A DNA stretch of 64,000 nucleotides from a virus: IMG/VR virus record IMGVR_UViG_3300010413_000025, positions 3,192-67,191 of that record; one strand, 5' to 3'. Below, piece after piece: positions 18,722 through 27,752 of this stretch. A program made the position numbers and the translations under genes. How positions within the stretch are numbered: the stretch's first letter is position 1; the number at the start of each line of letters is the position of its first letter. Under the pieces are notes generated by a model, which did not search any database, was not told where the DNA came from, and saw only the letters and a program-made list of their open reading frames with translations.

Positions 18722-19173
18722 CGCATGTTCACCTTTTTGCGCATGATTCGCGCTTCCGCCAGCATCTGCTGGGCGTACTGTTGTTCGGCTTCCCAGTGGT
18801 CACCTTTGCCGGGGAATTTTTTATTCGGTCCGATCACCTGCGCGATGCCCGACTGGATAACGGCCTTCGTGCATTCGACGCACGGGCACGGTTCCCAGTT
18901 CAGGTACATGCGGGCGCCTTTCAGGCGGATGCCTTGCCGGGCTGCGTTGTATATCGCGTTCCGTTCGGCGTGTTCGACGTACTTGTATTTCACCGGCCGT
19001 TCCCAGCGTGTCACGCTGCCTTCGTCCACGCCCCGGGGAAATCCATTGAAGCCTGTCGACAGCACTTCGTTGTCTTCGCCCACGATCACCGCGCCGACCT
19101 TCGTCGACGGGTCCTTGCTTTTCGTGGACACAAGCTGCGCCATCTTAATAAAGTATTTGTCCCAGCTGTTCAT
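18718..19173 (-). CDS. dCMP deaminase
   Basis: SKDPSTKVGAVIV, GFNGFPRG, HAERNAI, PCVEC zinc motifs. Confidence 0.92.
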   Translation of the reverse strand: MNSWDKYFIKMAQLVSTKSKDPSTKVGAVIVGEDNEVLSTGFNGFPRGVDEGSVTRWERPVKYKYVEHAERNAIYNAARQGIRLKGARMYLNWEPCPCVECTKAVIQSGIAQVIGPNKKFPGKGDHWEAEQQYAQQMLAEARIMRKKVNMR

Positions 19174-19370
19174 CAGTAGTCCCGAATATCAATGTGCAGG
19201 TTATGCGGCGCCGTCCGGCCGTCGGAAACTTCGCGGTACCGGCCTTCGTCGATCTGCGGTCGCCAGTTCGGTGTCCGGGGGTCTTCGCAATCGCGGCGAT
19301 TCTCGACGCCCTTCGGATGTCTGGGCCGGTCGTCGTCCAGCATCAGGTTCAGCCAGTGTCCGCTGATCAT
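19173..19370 (-). CDS. Hypothetical protein
   Basis: ORF fits the gene packing. Confidence 0.4.
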   Translation of the reverse strand: MISGHWLNLMLDDDRPRHPKGVENRRDCEDPRTPNWRPQIDEGRYREVSDGRTAPHNLHIDIRDY

Positions 19371-19530
19371 AGCCGCTTAACCGCGTTCGCCAAGTGCCAC
19401 AGTAAGGCGCCGCCCGGCAGGTATGCGTACGCCGGGGCCGGACGGTCCTTGTCCGGAATCACCGCGAACGCCAGCAGGTCCAGCATCAGCATGATGTACA
19501 GCACCGCGATGTATGCCAGATATTCCACGG

Positions 19531-20661
19531 CTACACCTTCGGCAGTGTGACTTCGAACGTCGCTTTGCGGCGGCCTTCGGCCTTCGTCCAGCTGGCGCCC
19601 TTGACGTACTTCACCCACTTGATCCACGTCGGGAAGTGCTTCACGTCGACCAGATAGACGGCAGCGCCGTTTCGCGTGTACGTGTGTTCCCCGGAATCCG
19701 CAATGGGCTTCGTCAGGTTCAGTTCATCAGCCTTCAGCACGATAGACGAATGGACCACCACGTACGCTTCCTGCCCGGTTGCTTCGTATTCCGTGTGGTC
19801 TTCCATCGCGGGTTCCTTCACCTTGCGCACCTTGCCGTCGACTTCGACCTTGCGGCCGACAATGACCGGGTCGCCGGAACGGTTCAGCTTCTGTCGCTGT
19901 CGTGTCACCTGCGTGAACACTTCGCCGTTCACCAGTGCGATAGGATTTCGGCGCGACAGGGACGACGCGATGTCGTCGAAGTCAATATCCGCCGGGTTCA
20001 GTGATTTGAATTGCCATGTTTTCATATCGAATTTGCCTTTGTATTGGTCAGCAAAGCGGGCAAGGGTCTTTGTCCCTGCCCCATACATTGCGGCAAGATG
20101 CAGCGCCCTGTCCAGACTTTTTCCCATTTGCCGCGAAGGAACGGTGACGGCGTCCACAATTCGCCGTTCGACTTCCTTCAGGTCTATTTCCATTTTTGGC
20201 CCTGCGCGAACATCCACGCGCACGCCTTTCGGAATGCTTGCTTCGTCCAGCACAAACCTGTCGCCGCCGCGCCCATCCATGCCGAATTTGCGCGCGACTT
20301 CCATCACCTTTTCCATGGTCAATACGTCGTCGTCCCCGGATTGCTTCAGGCGGCCGGTCACTGTGCCCGCGAAATTGATCCCGTCCCACGGGTTCACCAT
20401 CATGTGTTCGGCCATCTTGCGCGACAGTTCTTTGCTTTCCAGCAGCTGCCGCAGTGCGCCGTCGCTGGTAACAGTGGCGCCCTGTACGTCGACCCGTGCA
20501 TGTGCCCCGTGCAGAATATCGCACGCTGGTTCGAAACGAACGATCCGGCCCTTGTACCGCTTGCCGTCAGCGTCGACGAATGTCGGCGTTCCGCGCAGGA
20601 ATGCGCCCCGCACGCGTTCGAATTCCGGGGTTCCAGCTTTGATTTTTACGGTCATGTCCAT
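19531..20661 (-). CDS. Hypothetical protein containing degenerate PolA-like motifs
   Basis: GTVTGRL, DLKEVERR and YGAG in PolA order; C-terminal HNH-less NUMOD-like/unknown region. Confidence 0.6.
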   Translation of the reverse strand: MDMTVKIKAGTPEFERVRGAFLRGTPTFVDADGKRYKGRIVRFEPACDILHGAHARVDVQGATVTSDGALRQLLESKELSRKMAEHMMVNPWDGINFAGTVTGRLKQSGDDDVLTMEKVMEVARKFGMDGRGGDRFVLDEASIPKGVRVDVRAGPKMEIDLKEVERRIVDAVTVPSRQMGKSLDRALHLAAMYGAGTKTLARFADQYKGKFDMKTWQFKSLNPADIDFDDIASSLSRRNPIALVNGEVFTQVTRQRQKLNRSGDPVIVGRKVEVDGKVRKVKEPAMEDHTEYEATGQEAYVVVHSSIVLKADELNLTKPIADSGEHTYTRNGAAVYLVDVKHFPTWIKWVKYVKGASWTKAEGRRKATFEVTLPKV

Positions 20662-20831
20662 GGTATCACCTGTGCACTGTGGGCATGTTTACCCGCGCCC
20701 GGTCGCAAAACGCCTGTCCGGCGGCCTTGTCTGCGCGGTCCTGTTCCCGTTTCGTGTCGTGGTGCGCCTTCGACTGAATTGTGTTGCCGTAGTGGCGCGC
20801 CGGTGCGTCGATCAATAAATTTTTCCAGTGT

Positions 20832-21254
20832 TTATCCACGTGGTCTTCCCCTTGTCGGTTGTTTAGCCCAGTCCTGCCACACGTGGACTTCCATCCCGCG
20901 TCGCAGTGCTTCGTCAATCATGTGCTTCGTGCCTTTCGATTCACCGTCCCAGAAGGCCAGCAACACGTCGCCCATTTTCGCCATTTCGATGTTGCGCAGG
21001 ATTCCAGCTTTCTTCCCGTGCTTGTCCCAGTCTGCGGCCGTTACCGGGAACCGGATAATGCCGAATCCCATGAATGCCGCCCACCGTTCCCCTAGTGTAT
21101 CGGCACCACGCGCGCATCCTGAAATAACATTCACGTCTGGCGTCGATGCCAGTGTACCGTACCACCAGCCCGCTTTGTTGAACAGCAGTTTTTCATTCGT
21201 GAATTCACGCGAACCCGCGATGATCACGTTCGGTCGTTCTAACTTTCTAGCCAT
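20832..21254 (-). CDS. SLOG-family (DUF2493/YspA-like) protein
   Basis: VIIAGSREF...ISGCARGAD..GE.WA...AGILRN.EM...AFWDGESKGTKHMI. Confidence 0.85.
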   Translation of the reverse strand: MARKLERPNVIIAGSREFTNEKLLFNKAGWWYGTLASTPDVNVISGCARGADTLGERWAAFMGFGIIRFPVTAADWDKHGKKAGILRNIEMAKMGDVLLAFWDGESKGTKHMIDEALRRGMEVHVWQDWAKQPTRGRPRG

Positions 21255-21856
21255 AAAATTTTACCTTCGAATTTCGGCACGTCGTTGACGTTATCATAAA
21301 GTCCCACGGAAGGGAACACAAAGTTGTCGAACTTCAGGCTGACGGGCGTCCGTACCAGACGGCAGCCGACCAGTCTTTTGCCCGGGTTGTACCACAGGTC
21401 GTCGATGTCGTAGCCGTTCAGCCGGGCCAGTTCCTTGAAGAACAGCGGGTGCGGATACCAGCGGCCGGGGAATCCCTTCGCGACGCCGTGTTTCTTCCAG
21501 CCACCGGGGGCCGGTAGGACGCAGCAGAGGCGCCCGAACGACGGGTGAACCATCTTGTGAATGTTCGCCCACGTTTCGGCCTGACGGTCCTGTACGTGTT
21601 CCGTGAACCCGAAATTCGTCACGATGTCGACCGGAATAATCCGTTCGATGTCCAGCGGCATCGGTTCGCGGATGTCCCACTGCAAAGCCCCGTCCTTCCC
21701 GTTGATGTCCGTCGACAGGTAGTTGCCGCCATGTGACTGGTACCAGTCACGATACAGGCCGGACGAATTCTTTTTGTTGCCCAGTTCCAGAATCCGTAAT
21801 GCGCGGAAATCTTTCGTCCCCAGCGCCCGCAGTTCGTCAATAGGGATTTCAGTCAT
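21239..21856 (-). CDS. Class I SAM-dependent methyltransferase
   Basis: ILELGN motif I, YLSTDING, DIVTNFGFTEHV. Confidence 0.7.
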   Translation of the reverse strand: MTEIPIDELRALGTKDFRALRILELGNKKNSSGLYRDWYQSHGGNYLSTDINGKDGALQWDIREPMPLDIERIIPVDIVTNFGFTEHVQDRQAETWANIHKMVHPSFGRLCCVLPAPGGWKKHGVAKGFPGRWYPHPLFFKELARLNGYDIDDLWYNPGKRLVGCRLVRTPVSLKFDNFVFPSVGLYDNVNDVPKFEGKILWLES

Positions 21857-22131
21857 GTGACACCAGCCACGCCAGAAGATAAAAGACACCAGCCACGAAT
21901 CCGGCCTGTAGCTGAACCATCGGGTCGAAACCCAGTATGGCCACGCCGCCGAAAAGGCCGCTGAACCACGTCAAAGTTAGTCGGGCCATTAGTGGATCAG
22001 CCCAGCCATGTTTTCGCGAAGGGTCAGCAGGACCTGAATAAAGCCCCAGCCCATGAATGCTACCAGTCCCAAATATATTTTAGTCATTTCAGTTCACCTT
22101 TCTGTAAGTTGTTTCGTTTGCCTTCCACTAT

Positions 22132-22160
22132 AGTATCGGACAGCCCGGCCAAAAGTTCAA
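22132..22160 (-). promoter_or_regulatory. sigma70-like promoter
   Basis: TTGAAC-N17-GATACT in an intergenic gap. Confidence 0.35.
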
Positions 22161-22163
22161 GGA

Positions 22164-22493
22164 TTATTTTGTGACAGCGTTCACGTTTCTGGTCACAAAT
22201 TCCACGTACATGGTGCACGGCGGTTCACTGCAAGTTCCGCGCCAAAGCTTGACCCACCACTGAAAACTTATGTCCGAATTTCCGGTGACGATGTGGTACG
22301 GCAGCCAGCGGTTTTCGTAGGATTCCAGCGGCCAGACACCTGACCACGTGATGATCGCCCGGCCTTCGTTCGTCTTGCGGTCGACGGTCAGCTTGTGGAT
22401 GTGCAGCCCGGCGATGCCGTCGGCGTACGCCGCGTCGATTCCTGCCGCCCCGATAATTATCGCGAATAAGATCGCGCCCAGTGTTCGTTTCAT
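22164..22493 (-). CDS. Exported hypothetical protein
   Basis: MKRTLGAILFAIIIGAAGIDAAYA signal peptide. Confidence 0.55.
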   Translation of the reverse strand: MKRTLGAILFAIIIGAAGIDAAYADGIAGLHIHKLTVDRKTNEGRAIITWSGVWPLESYENRWLPYHIVTGNSDISFQWWVKLWRGTCSEPPCTMYVEFVTRNVNAVTK

Positions 22494-22678
22494 AGCAAAC
22501 CTTCCTTCCTGCATTCAGTCAGATAATGTTCCAGCCTTTCCGCGCCGACGTAGAACATGCACGCCAGCCCGGCCGTTTCCAAATCTTCGTCGTCAGGTAC
22601 CGGGCCATCGAACAGCTTCTGGTACAGACAGCGAATTTCCGTTTCAGTCAGTAAGATTTTTCCGTTTTCTCGTTTCAT
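22490..22678 (-). CDS. Hypothetical protein
   Basis: ORF track. Confidence 0.5.
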   Translation of the reverse strand: MKRENGKILLTETEIRCLYQKLFDGPVPDDEDLETAGLACMFYVGAERLEHYLTECRKEGLL

Positions 22679-22849
22679 AAAATTTTCCTGCGGATTGACC
22701 AGTTACAGGTTATGAAGGGTCTTGGCTGCGGGCCAGTTTAGCAGACTAGCGCGCCCGGGTACCATCGACCGGCCATTTCAATTCACGTTACCGCTACCTG
22801 CGGACGCCGCAGGTCGCCCGGGAGATAACACCCGGTGCCACCCATTGTA

Positions 22850-23128
22850 TTAGGTTCTAACAAGGTTCGGGAACCGCCCGAACTTCATGTATAGGGTCAC
22901 TTCGTTTTGCACGGCCTGCGCGGCTGACTTCACGCTGGGGAACATTCCCAGCAGGGCCAGACGCGTGTCGGGCAGTGCTTCGAATCCGATTGTCCCGTTT
23001 TGGGGTTCGGACATGAACGCCATTGTGAATTCCCCCTGCGCCTTTACGGCCGCAATCAGGGTGCCGTCTTCGTCCCGTAGGGCTAGAAGGTTCGGCGCGC
23101 TTGTGGGCTTCCACAGGTACTTCATCAT
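22850..23128 (-). CDS. Hypothetical protein
   Basis: ATGA overlap with the upstream gene. Confidence 0.5.
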   Translation of the reverse strand: MMKYLWKPTSAPNLLALRDEDGTLIAAVKAQGEFTMAFMSEPQNGTIGFEALPDTRLALLGMFPSVKSAAQAVQNEVTLYMKFGRFPNLVRT

Positions 23129-23322
23129 GACAGCCCCAGATTCGCCCACGTCCGCTTCAGGATTTCGTCGGTCTTCCGACGATAGTCCAGCAGCTGCGTC
23201 AGGTAGTCCTGACCTTCGCCCAAGTGCGGCGGCAGTGCTTCGCGGATTTCAGCCAGCGCCCCGAACATCACGCGATGTTCACGGACGAAATCGTTTCGGT
23301 TCTGTTCTGCGTACTTGTCCAT
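23125..23322 (-). CDS. Hypothetical protein
   Basis: AGGGG SD. Confidence 0.5.
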   Translation of the reverse strand: MDKYAEQNRNDFVREHRVMFGALAEIREALPPHLGEGQDYLTQLLDYRRKTDEILKRTWANLGLS

Positions 23323-23576
23323 TTTTAGCCCCTGTTCGTGTTTCGTGTACGGTTAGTCTTCGTGTACAGTTTCGGATTCAGCCCGCGCCCTGTCAATGGC
23401 CTTCTGGCGGCGTTCCTGCGCGGCGCGTTTGATTGCGGCCAGCTTCCTGTGCGTGTCATTCCACGCGCGGACGAAACTGTTCCGGTCGCCTTCCCGGCAG
23501 GGGGACCCGTCAGGGTACCGCCCTTTCGCCAGATTCCGGTCAAAGGCGCGTTCGGCCCGGGTGCGTTCGACGGCCA

Positions 23577-23858
23577 TCAGTCGACCACCTGCATTTCGCC
23601 GTTCCCGATGTCCACTGCTACGGACAGATTCGTTTCCAGCCACGCCACGGCGCCACAGTTCAGCGGCTTTTCCGGCTGGTATACGAACGTCGCCACCACT
23701 TCCCCGGCGTCGTTCAGCAGCGCCACACGCTGTCCCACGTTGTTTCCGCGCGATGTCTTCACAGTATACACCGGTTCCGATTTGTCGCCCCGGCGCCTGT
23801 TGCGCGCGATGTTGTGGCGGTTCACGTGGATTCGCTTTTTCAGATGCCTGATTTTCAT
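23577..23858 (-). CDS. Conserved phage hypothetical protein
   Basis: IHVNRHNI..N...PVYTVK...VYQPEKPLNCGAVAWLET. Confidence 0.65.
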   Translation of the reverse strand: MKIRHLKKRIHVNRHNIARNRRRGDKSEPVYTVKTSRGNNVGQRVALLNDAGEVVATFVYQPEKPLNCGAVAWLETNLSVAVDIGNGEMQVVD

Positions 23859-23862
23859 AGGT

Positions 23863-24273
23863 TCACCATTTCAGTTCTAAGTTAAATGCCTGACCGAACC
23901 ATGCGACGCTGACGTGTTTCGTCAGGTCCAGTTCGGCCGCCACCAGCGGGACAATCCCCGCCGCTTTGCCTTTCACGCGACGCGTGTCGCTGTCGAAAGT
24001 ATAGCCGGAAATGATCCCGGCGCCTATCCTGAATCGTTCGCCCAGCGGCAGGAAAAGCGCGCCATAGACGGACGGTTTCTTATAGCTGTTGTACAGCGCG
24101 CCGATTCGTGCGTGTTCGGTCACGTCGTACCCCAGCCCCGGATTGAAGTTGTTCAGGTCGTCCACGTCCCGGCCGCCGGGCAGCTGCACGTGGTACGAAA
24201 CCGTGTGCAGGGTCCAGCCTTCGGCGTGTACGTTACCAGCCAGCAGGGCCAGAATCAGGGCTGCGCGCTTCAT
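23863..24273 (-). CDS. Putative outer-membrane beta-barrel protein (PagP-like)
   Basis: Signal peptide, SYH...NNFNPGLGY...GALYNSY, alternating beta strands, terminal aromatic (LELKW). Confidence 0.6.
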   Translation of the reverse strand: MKRAALILALLAGNVHAEGWTLHTVSYHVQLPGGRDVDDLNNFNPGLGYDVTEHARIGALYNSYKKPSVYGALFLPLGERFRIGAGIISGYTFDSDTRRVKGKAAGIVPLVAAELDLTKHVSVAWFGQAFNLELKW

Positions 24274-24524
24274 GCGTCACCCCCGAACAGGTCCATCGGG
24301 TCCACGCCAGTGCGCAGCGTTTCCAGTTCTTCGCAGCGGTTTTCGAACAGACCTTTGTAATGTCCCGCTTGATGCCGCGCGCACTTCAGCTGCGTGTACA
24401 GCTTCGCTATGATCTGGGCCGGGTCCATGTCCCCGTACTGTTCCGACAGTTCGTCGGCGCCAGCCCGCGACAGCAGTTCGCCTTCGCGGATTTCCAGAAT
24501 CAGTTTCGTGGTTTCGGTTGTCAT
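24270..24524 (-). CDS. Hypothetical protein
   Basis: AGAAAGGGGAAACGAAATG leader. Confidence 0.6.
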   Translation of the reverse strand: MTTETTKLILEIREGELLSRAGADELSEQYGDMDPAQIIAKLYTQLKCARHQAGHYKGLFENRCEELETLRTGVDPMDLFGGDA

Positions 24525-24555
24525 TTCGTTTCCCCTTTCTGTTGTTTAGGTTGTC

Positions 24556-24569
24556 GGCCGTCCGTGGCC
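24556..24569 (-). repeat. GGCCACGGACGGCC hairpin (CsrA/RsmA-type site), copy 1 of 7
   Basis: Also at 25094, 25708, 39132, 42128, 42641 and 42940; always intergenic. Confidence 0.75.
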
Positions 24570-24580
24570 GATCTTTAATT

Positions 24581-24988
24581 TTATTTTACGGTGTAGGGCT
24601 TGTTCCAGCGGCCCACGTTGATGTCGATGTACCACCCGACATGGAAATAGTCGGTCATGATGTCGGACTTGTCGAAGTTGCCCTGCATCATGGCGTCTTT
24701 CAGTTCGGTCAGGAACTGGCGGACTTCGCCGGTGTAGCCCCGGTCGATGTGGTACGTGTTCACGTCAATGTAGCCGTCGGCCAGATTCACTTCGTGGCCC
24801 ATCATTTCGGCCTGTTCCTTGCGGACCGCGTTAGCGTTCGCGACGATGTCCAGCTTGCCTTCCTTCAGGTTCACGACCAGCGTGCTGTGGTGGCGAACTG
24901 CGATGGTGCCCTTCATGCCGAATTTTTTCAGAACGGCCTTGATTGCAGGTGCCAGTTCAGCTTTGCGTTCTTGACTCATGTATGCCAT
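24581..24988 (-). CDS. Conserved phage early protein
   Basis: MAYMSQERKAELAPAIKAVLKKFGMKGTIAV...DKSDIMTDYFHVGWYIDINVG. Confidence 0.7.
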   Translation of the reverse strand: MAYMSQERKAELAPAIKAVLKKFGMKGTIAVRHHSTLVVNLKEGKLDIVANANAVRKEQAEMMGHEVNLADGYIDVNTYHIDRGYTGEVRQFLTELKDAMMQGNFDKSDIMTDYFHVGWYIDINVGRWNKPYTVK

Positions 24989-25025
24989 TTTCGTGTCCCC
25001 TTTCTGTGGTCGGTTTGTCGTGCTG

Positions 25026-25082
25026 TTACTTACCTTAACGACCATTATACAGAAACCTTTAGGCCCTGCAACAAAAAAATTT
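25026..25082 (-). promoter_or_regulatory. Repeated early promoter (sigma28 + sigma70 composite)
   Basis: TAAAGGTT-N11-GTCGTTAA overlapping TTGCAG-N16-TATAAT. Confidence 0.75.
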
Positions 25083-25093
25083 CATGTATTTGC

Positions 25094-25107
25094 GGCCGTC
25101 CGTGGCC
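25094..25107 (-). repeat. CsrA/RsmA-type hairpin
   Basis: GCGGCC-ACGGAC-GGCCGC. Confidence 0.7.
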
Positions 25108-25115
25108 GCCAGTTT

Positions 25116-25682
25116 TTAGTTGCAATCCAAGAACTTAGACAGCAGTTCCTTGTCAGCGCCCTGAACTTTCCGCACCTTGACCATCTTCGCGACGGTCAGC
25201 ATGTCGGCCAGTTTCGCTTCGTTCAGGTTCAGATCGGTGGCCTTTTCCAGCGCGGCCCGGATTGCCTTGAACGTGTCGCTGTTTGGGTCCTTGCACTGCG
25301 CGCGGAATGCCAGCTTCGCTTTTGTCTTCACCCGGCGGGCTGCCATGTCGGCGCAGTAGTTGGCGACGCCGTCATGGATGAACGTCCCGTGTGCGCCTTC
25401 GTATTCGTTCAGCGCGGCCCTGTACACGCGGTGCCCCAGCTTTTCCAGTGCCTTGTCGCCGCAGGACGCGTCGACCTTCATCCCGTACCGCTTGGCAAGG
25501 TGGCGCAGCTTCGACACCCAGCCGTCGCCGTCGTTGTAAACCCGGTAGTACGCGTTCTGGAACCGGCGCCAGTCTTCAAGCTTCGGGCGGTTCTTGTCCA
25601 GCACCTTGCCTTCGTGTGGAATGTCGATGTTCAGCAGTTCCACCATCGCTTCGCCAAAATTTGTATGCCAAAAAGAATTCAT
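25116..25682 (-). CDS. Hypothetical early protein
   Basis: NAYYRVYNDGD motif; SD present. Confidence 0.6.
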   Translation of the reverse strand: MNSFWHTNFGEAMVELLNIDIPHEGKVLDKNRPKLEDWRRFQNAYYRVYNDGDGWVSKLRHLAKRYGMKVDASCGDKALEKLGHRVYRAALNEYEGAHGTFIHDGVANYCADMAARRVKTKAKLAFRAQCKDPNSDTFKAIRAALEKATDLNLNEAKLADMLTVAKMVKVRKVQGADKELLSKFLDCN

Positions 25683-25707
25683 GTCGTTACCCTTTCGTTT
25701 AAGTTGG

Positions 25708-25721
25708 GGCCGTCCATGGCC
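25708..25721 (-). repeat. CsrA/RsmA-type hairpin
   Basis: GGCC-ATGGAC-GGCC. Confidence 0.7.
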
Positions 25722-25855
25722 GGGAAATTATCCTGTTGTTTAATCGGCCCAGACGTAGTCCGGGTGCGTTGCCAGCGTGATTTCGGTCACTTCCACGCCG
25801 TCTTCGTTGGTGTACATGTTTTCGTACCAGACAGTCCGGGTTATGCAGCAGTAGT

Positions 25856-26125
25856 TCATGCCAGCACCTGCACGCGGGCTTCGTCGGTGTAGTCGCTGTC
25901 TTCGTCGAAGATTTCCATCGGCACGTTGACGATCAGGCCGACGCGGTTGTGGTCGCCCAGAAACGTGGCGTCCTTCGTGCAGCGAACGGTCAGGAAGTCA
26001 GCAAACCCGTCGGTGGTGCGGCCTTCCACGACACCTTCGAAGTACATCGGGCGGCGTTCGGGGAACGGCGGATGGTCGAAAGCTTTGATCGTCTGGCCAT
26101 TCTGGATGTGTTCGTATTTCAGCAT
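25856..26125 (-). CDS. Hypothetical early protein (SH3-like)
   Basis: Repeated leader AGAAAGGGGACACGAAAATG. Confidence 0.6.
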   Translation of the reverse strand: MLKYEHIQNGQTIKAFDHPPFPERRPMYFEGVVEGRTTDGFADFLTVRCTKDATFLGDHNRVGLIVNVPMEIFDEDSDYTDEARVQVLA

Positions 26126-26166
26126 TTTCGTGTCCCCTTTCTGGTTTCAGTTGCCTTACAGTATGT

Positions 26167-26213
26167 TTAACGGCTGGTCGGGCTAATCCTTTAGCCCTAT
26201 TTCGAAAAAATTT
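26167..26213 (-). promoter_or_regulatory. Repeated early promoter (sigma28-type only)
   Basis: CTAAAGGAT-N11-GCCGTTAA with upstream A/T tract. Confidence 0.7.
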
Positions 26214-26537
26214 TTAGAATGTCCAGTTACCGTTTCCGTCGCTTTCGTAGAAGGCTTCGAAGCTTTTCACGTGCGGGTAGTTGGCGCCGATCAGGAAGGG
26301 TTTCGCTTCCAGATTCATGCCGGTCTGGCCGGGCACGATGCGGTCGTTCACCACAGGGTTGTCGACCCAGATCAGGCCCTTTTGCGTCAGCTGGCCCACA
26401 TAGCCCGCGTACTGACGGTCGGTCAGGCCCAGCGCCTTGTAGTCGATTTCGTCGGTAAAGCCGAAGTCGCCGCCGTTGTTCATCATGTTGTCAGCCAGCG
26501 CCAGCAGTACGTTCAGTTCGGTGGTGTTCAGTTTCAT
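26214..26537 (-). CDS. Winged-helix-like early protein
   Basis: LGLTDRQYAGYVGQLTQKGLIWV. Confidence 0.55.
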   Translation of the reverse strand: MKLNTTELNVLLALADNMMNNGGDFGFTDEIDYKALGLTDRQYAGYVGQLTQKGLIWVDNPVVNDRIVPGQTGMNLEAKPFLIGANYPHVKSFEAFYESDGNGNWTF

Positions 26538-26567
26538 TTCGTTTCCCCTTTCTGGTTTCGGTCGGTG

Positions 26568-26624
26568 TTACTTAACTTAACGACCACAGTACAGGAAACT
26601 TTAGGGCATTGCAACAAAATTTTT
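26568..26624 (-). promoter_or_regulatory. Repeated early promoter (sigma28 + sigma70 composite)
   Basis: TAAAGTTT-N11-GTCGTTAA overlapping TTGCAA-N17-TACTGT. Confidence 0.75.
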
Positions 26625-26725
26625 CTGTTGCACCGAATGCAGGGCGGTCGGGGTCGGCGGCGGGTCGGGAATGGGCAGGATGTCGCCGCACCCCGCCACG
26701 ATCAGAATTGCCAGCAGGGCGCCCA

Positions 26726-27037
26726 TCAGTGGCGCGTGGGCGGGTTTTCGAACCCGGGCGGCGTGTCGGTCCCGGTGTCCTTGATGTCGCCCCAGTCCAT
26801 CCCCTGCGCGGCGTGCGCGATAGCCTGAAGTTGTTCGAACAGGTCGGGGTCGGCGAATGCCTTCGCGATGCCTTCCAGCAGATACGCGTGCGGCGGCTGT
26901 TCTTCGCTGTCATCGACCGGGTACAGGGCCATCACGCCCACTTCGCCGTCAGCTGCGACCGTCAGGGCCGTTTCCTGCCGGTCTTGATCCAGCATGACGC
27001 CCACCTTGCCACCATCAAATTCAACCATCTTCGCCAT
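26726..27037 (-). CDS. Hypothetical protein
   Basis: ATG 27037 with GGGGGA SD. Confidence 0.5.
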   Translation of the reverse strand: MAKMVEFDGGKVGVMLDQDRQETALTVAADGEVGVMALYPVDDSEEQPPHAYLLEGIAKAFADPDLFEQLQAIAHAAQGMDWGDIKDTGTDTPPGFENPPTRH

Positions 27038-27038
27038 G

Positions 27039-27752
27039 TCAGTTCCCCCAGTTTTCGCGTACCCACGGGTCGGGCACTTCGTGCGGGTCCGGCTTGCCGT
27101 GGAACACGACCACGCGCGCGTCCTTCGGCAGGCCCTTTCCCCGGCAGTGGTACTTGTAGGACACCACAAACCGGCGTTCGAAATTGGCTATGCTGTCCCG
27201 CAGTATGCGCCAGATCGCGCACTGGTCGCCGTGAAGCTTCGCCATGGCGCGTTCATCGTTCGCTTCGAATGTCCGGAACAGCCTGTGAATGTCCGGGTCC
27301 GTTACGTCGAACAGCATCGCGGACGAATTGTGCGCGCAGTGCGCCTTGTTGGGCGAAAAGTTTTCGACCATGATCAGGGGCTGGTCAGCCACTGCCCGAA
27401 CAATCGGGTCCAGTGAACCGGTCAGGACCACGTCAAGGTCCAGATACAGCGTTTTCCCGCCGGGCATAATTTCCGGGTTGAACATGTTGAACTTTTGCCA
27501 CCATGTGCCCCATTCGTTCATCGGCAGGATTCGCGTCACGCCGTCCGGAACTTCGTCGTCGGTGATGCAAAACATGTCCCAGCGAACTGTCGCGGGCATA
27601 CAGCAGGCCACAGAATCGCGCAGCCGGGCGACATACTTCGGGGAATACTTCGGCCCCCACTTCACGCAAACGACGTTCACGTGGTAGGGCTGCGGCCCCT
27701 GTTCGGCCCAGATCGGCGGGTTAAGGTTCGGCAGCGTCAGGTCCATGATCAT
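27039..27752 (-). CDS. GT-A glycosyltransferase (GT8-like)
   Basis: VVCVKWG.KY...WWQK...LYLDLDVV (DxD), NSSAM, GDQ, VVFHGKPDP. Confidence 0.85.
   Translation of the reverse strand: MIMDLTLPNLNPPIWAEQGPQPYHVNVVCVKWGPKYSPKYVARLRDSVACCMPATVRWDMFCITDDEVPDGVTRILPMNEWGTWWQKFNMFNPEIMPGGKTLYLDLDVVLTGSLDPIVRAVADQPLIMVENFSPNKAHCAHNSSAMLFDVTDPDIHRLFRTFEANDERAMAKLHGDQCAIWRILRDSIANFERRFVVSYKYHCRGKGLPKDARVVVFHGKPDPHEVPDPWVRENWGN

Noticed and set aside
18718-19173. YuA-type thymidine hypermodification pathway
   Set aside because: dCMP deaminase and dNMP kinase are present, but no dUMP hydroxymethylase/thymidylate synthase or 5-hmdU kinase-like gene was recognised
24556-25721. GGCC hairpins as terminators or REP elements
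   Set aside because: Short stems with no U-tract, a strictly conserved GGA loop, single orientation and no REP-associated transposase
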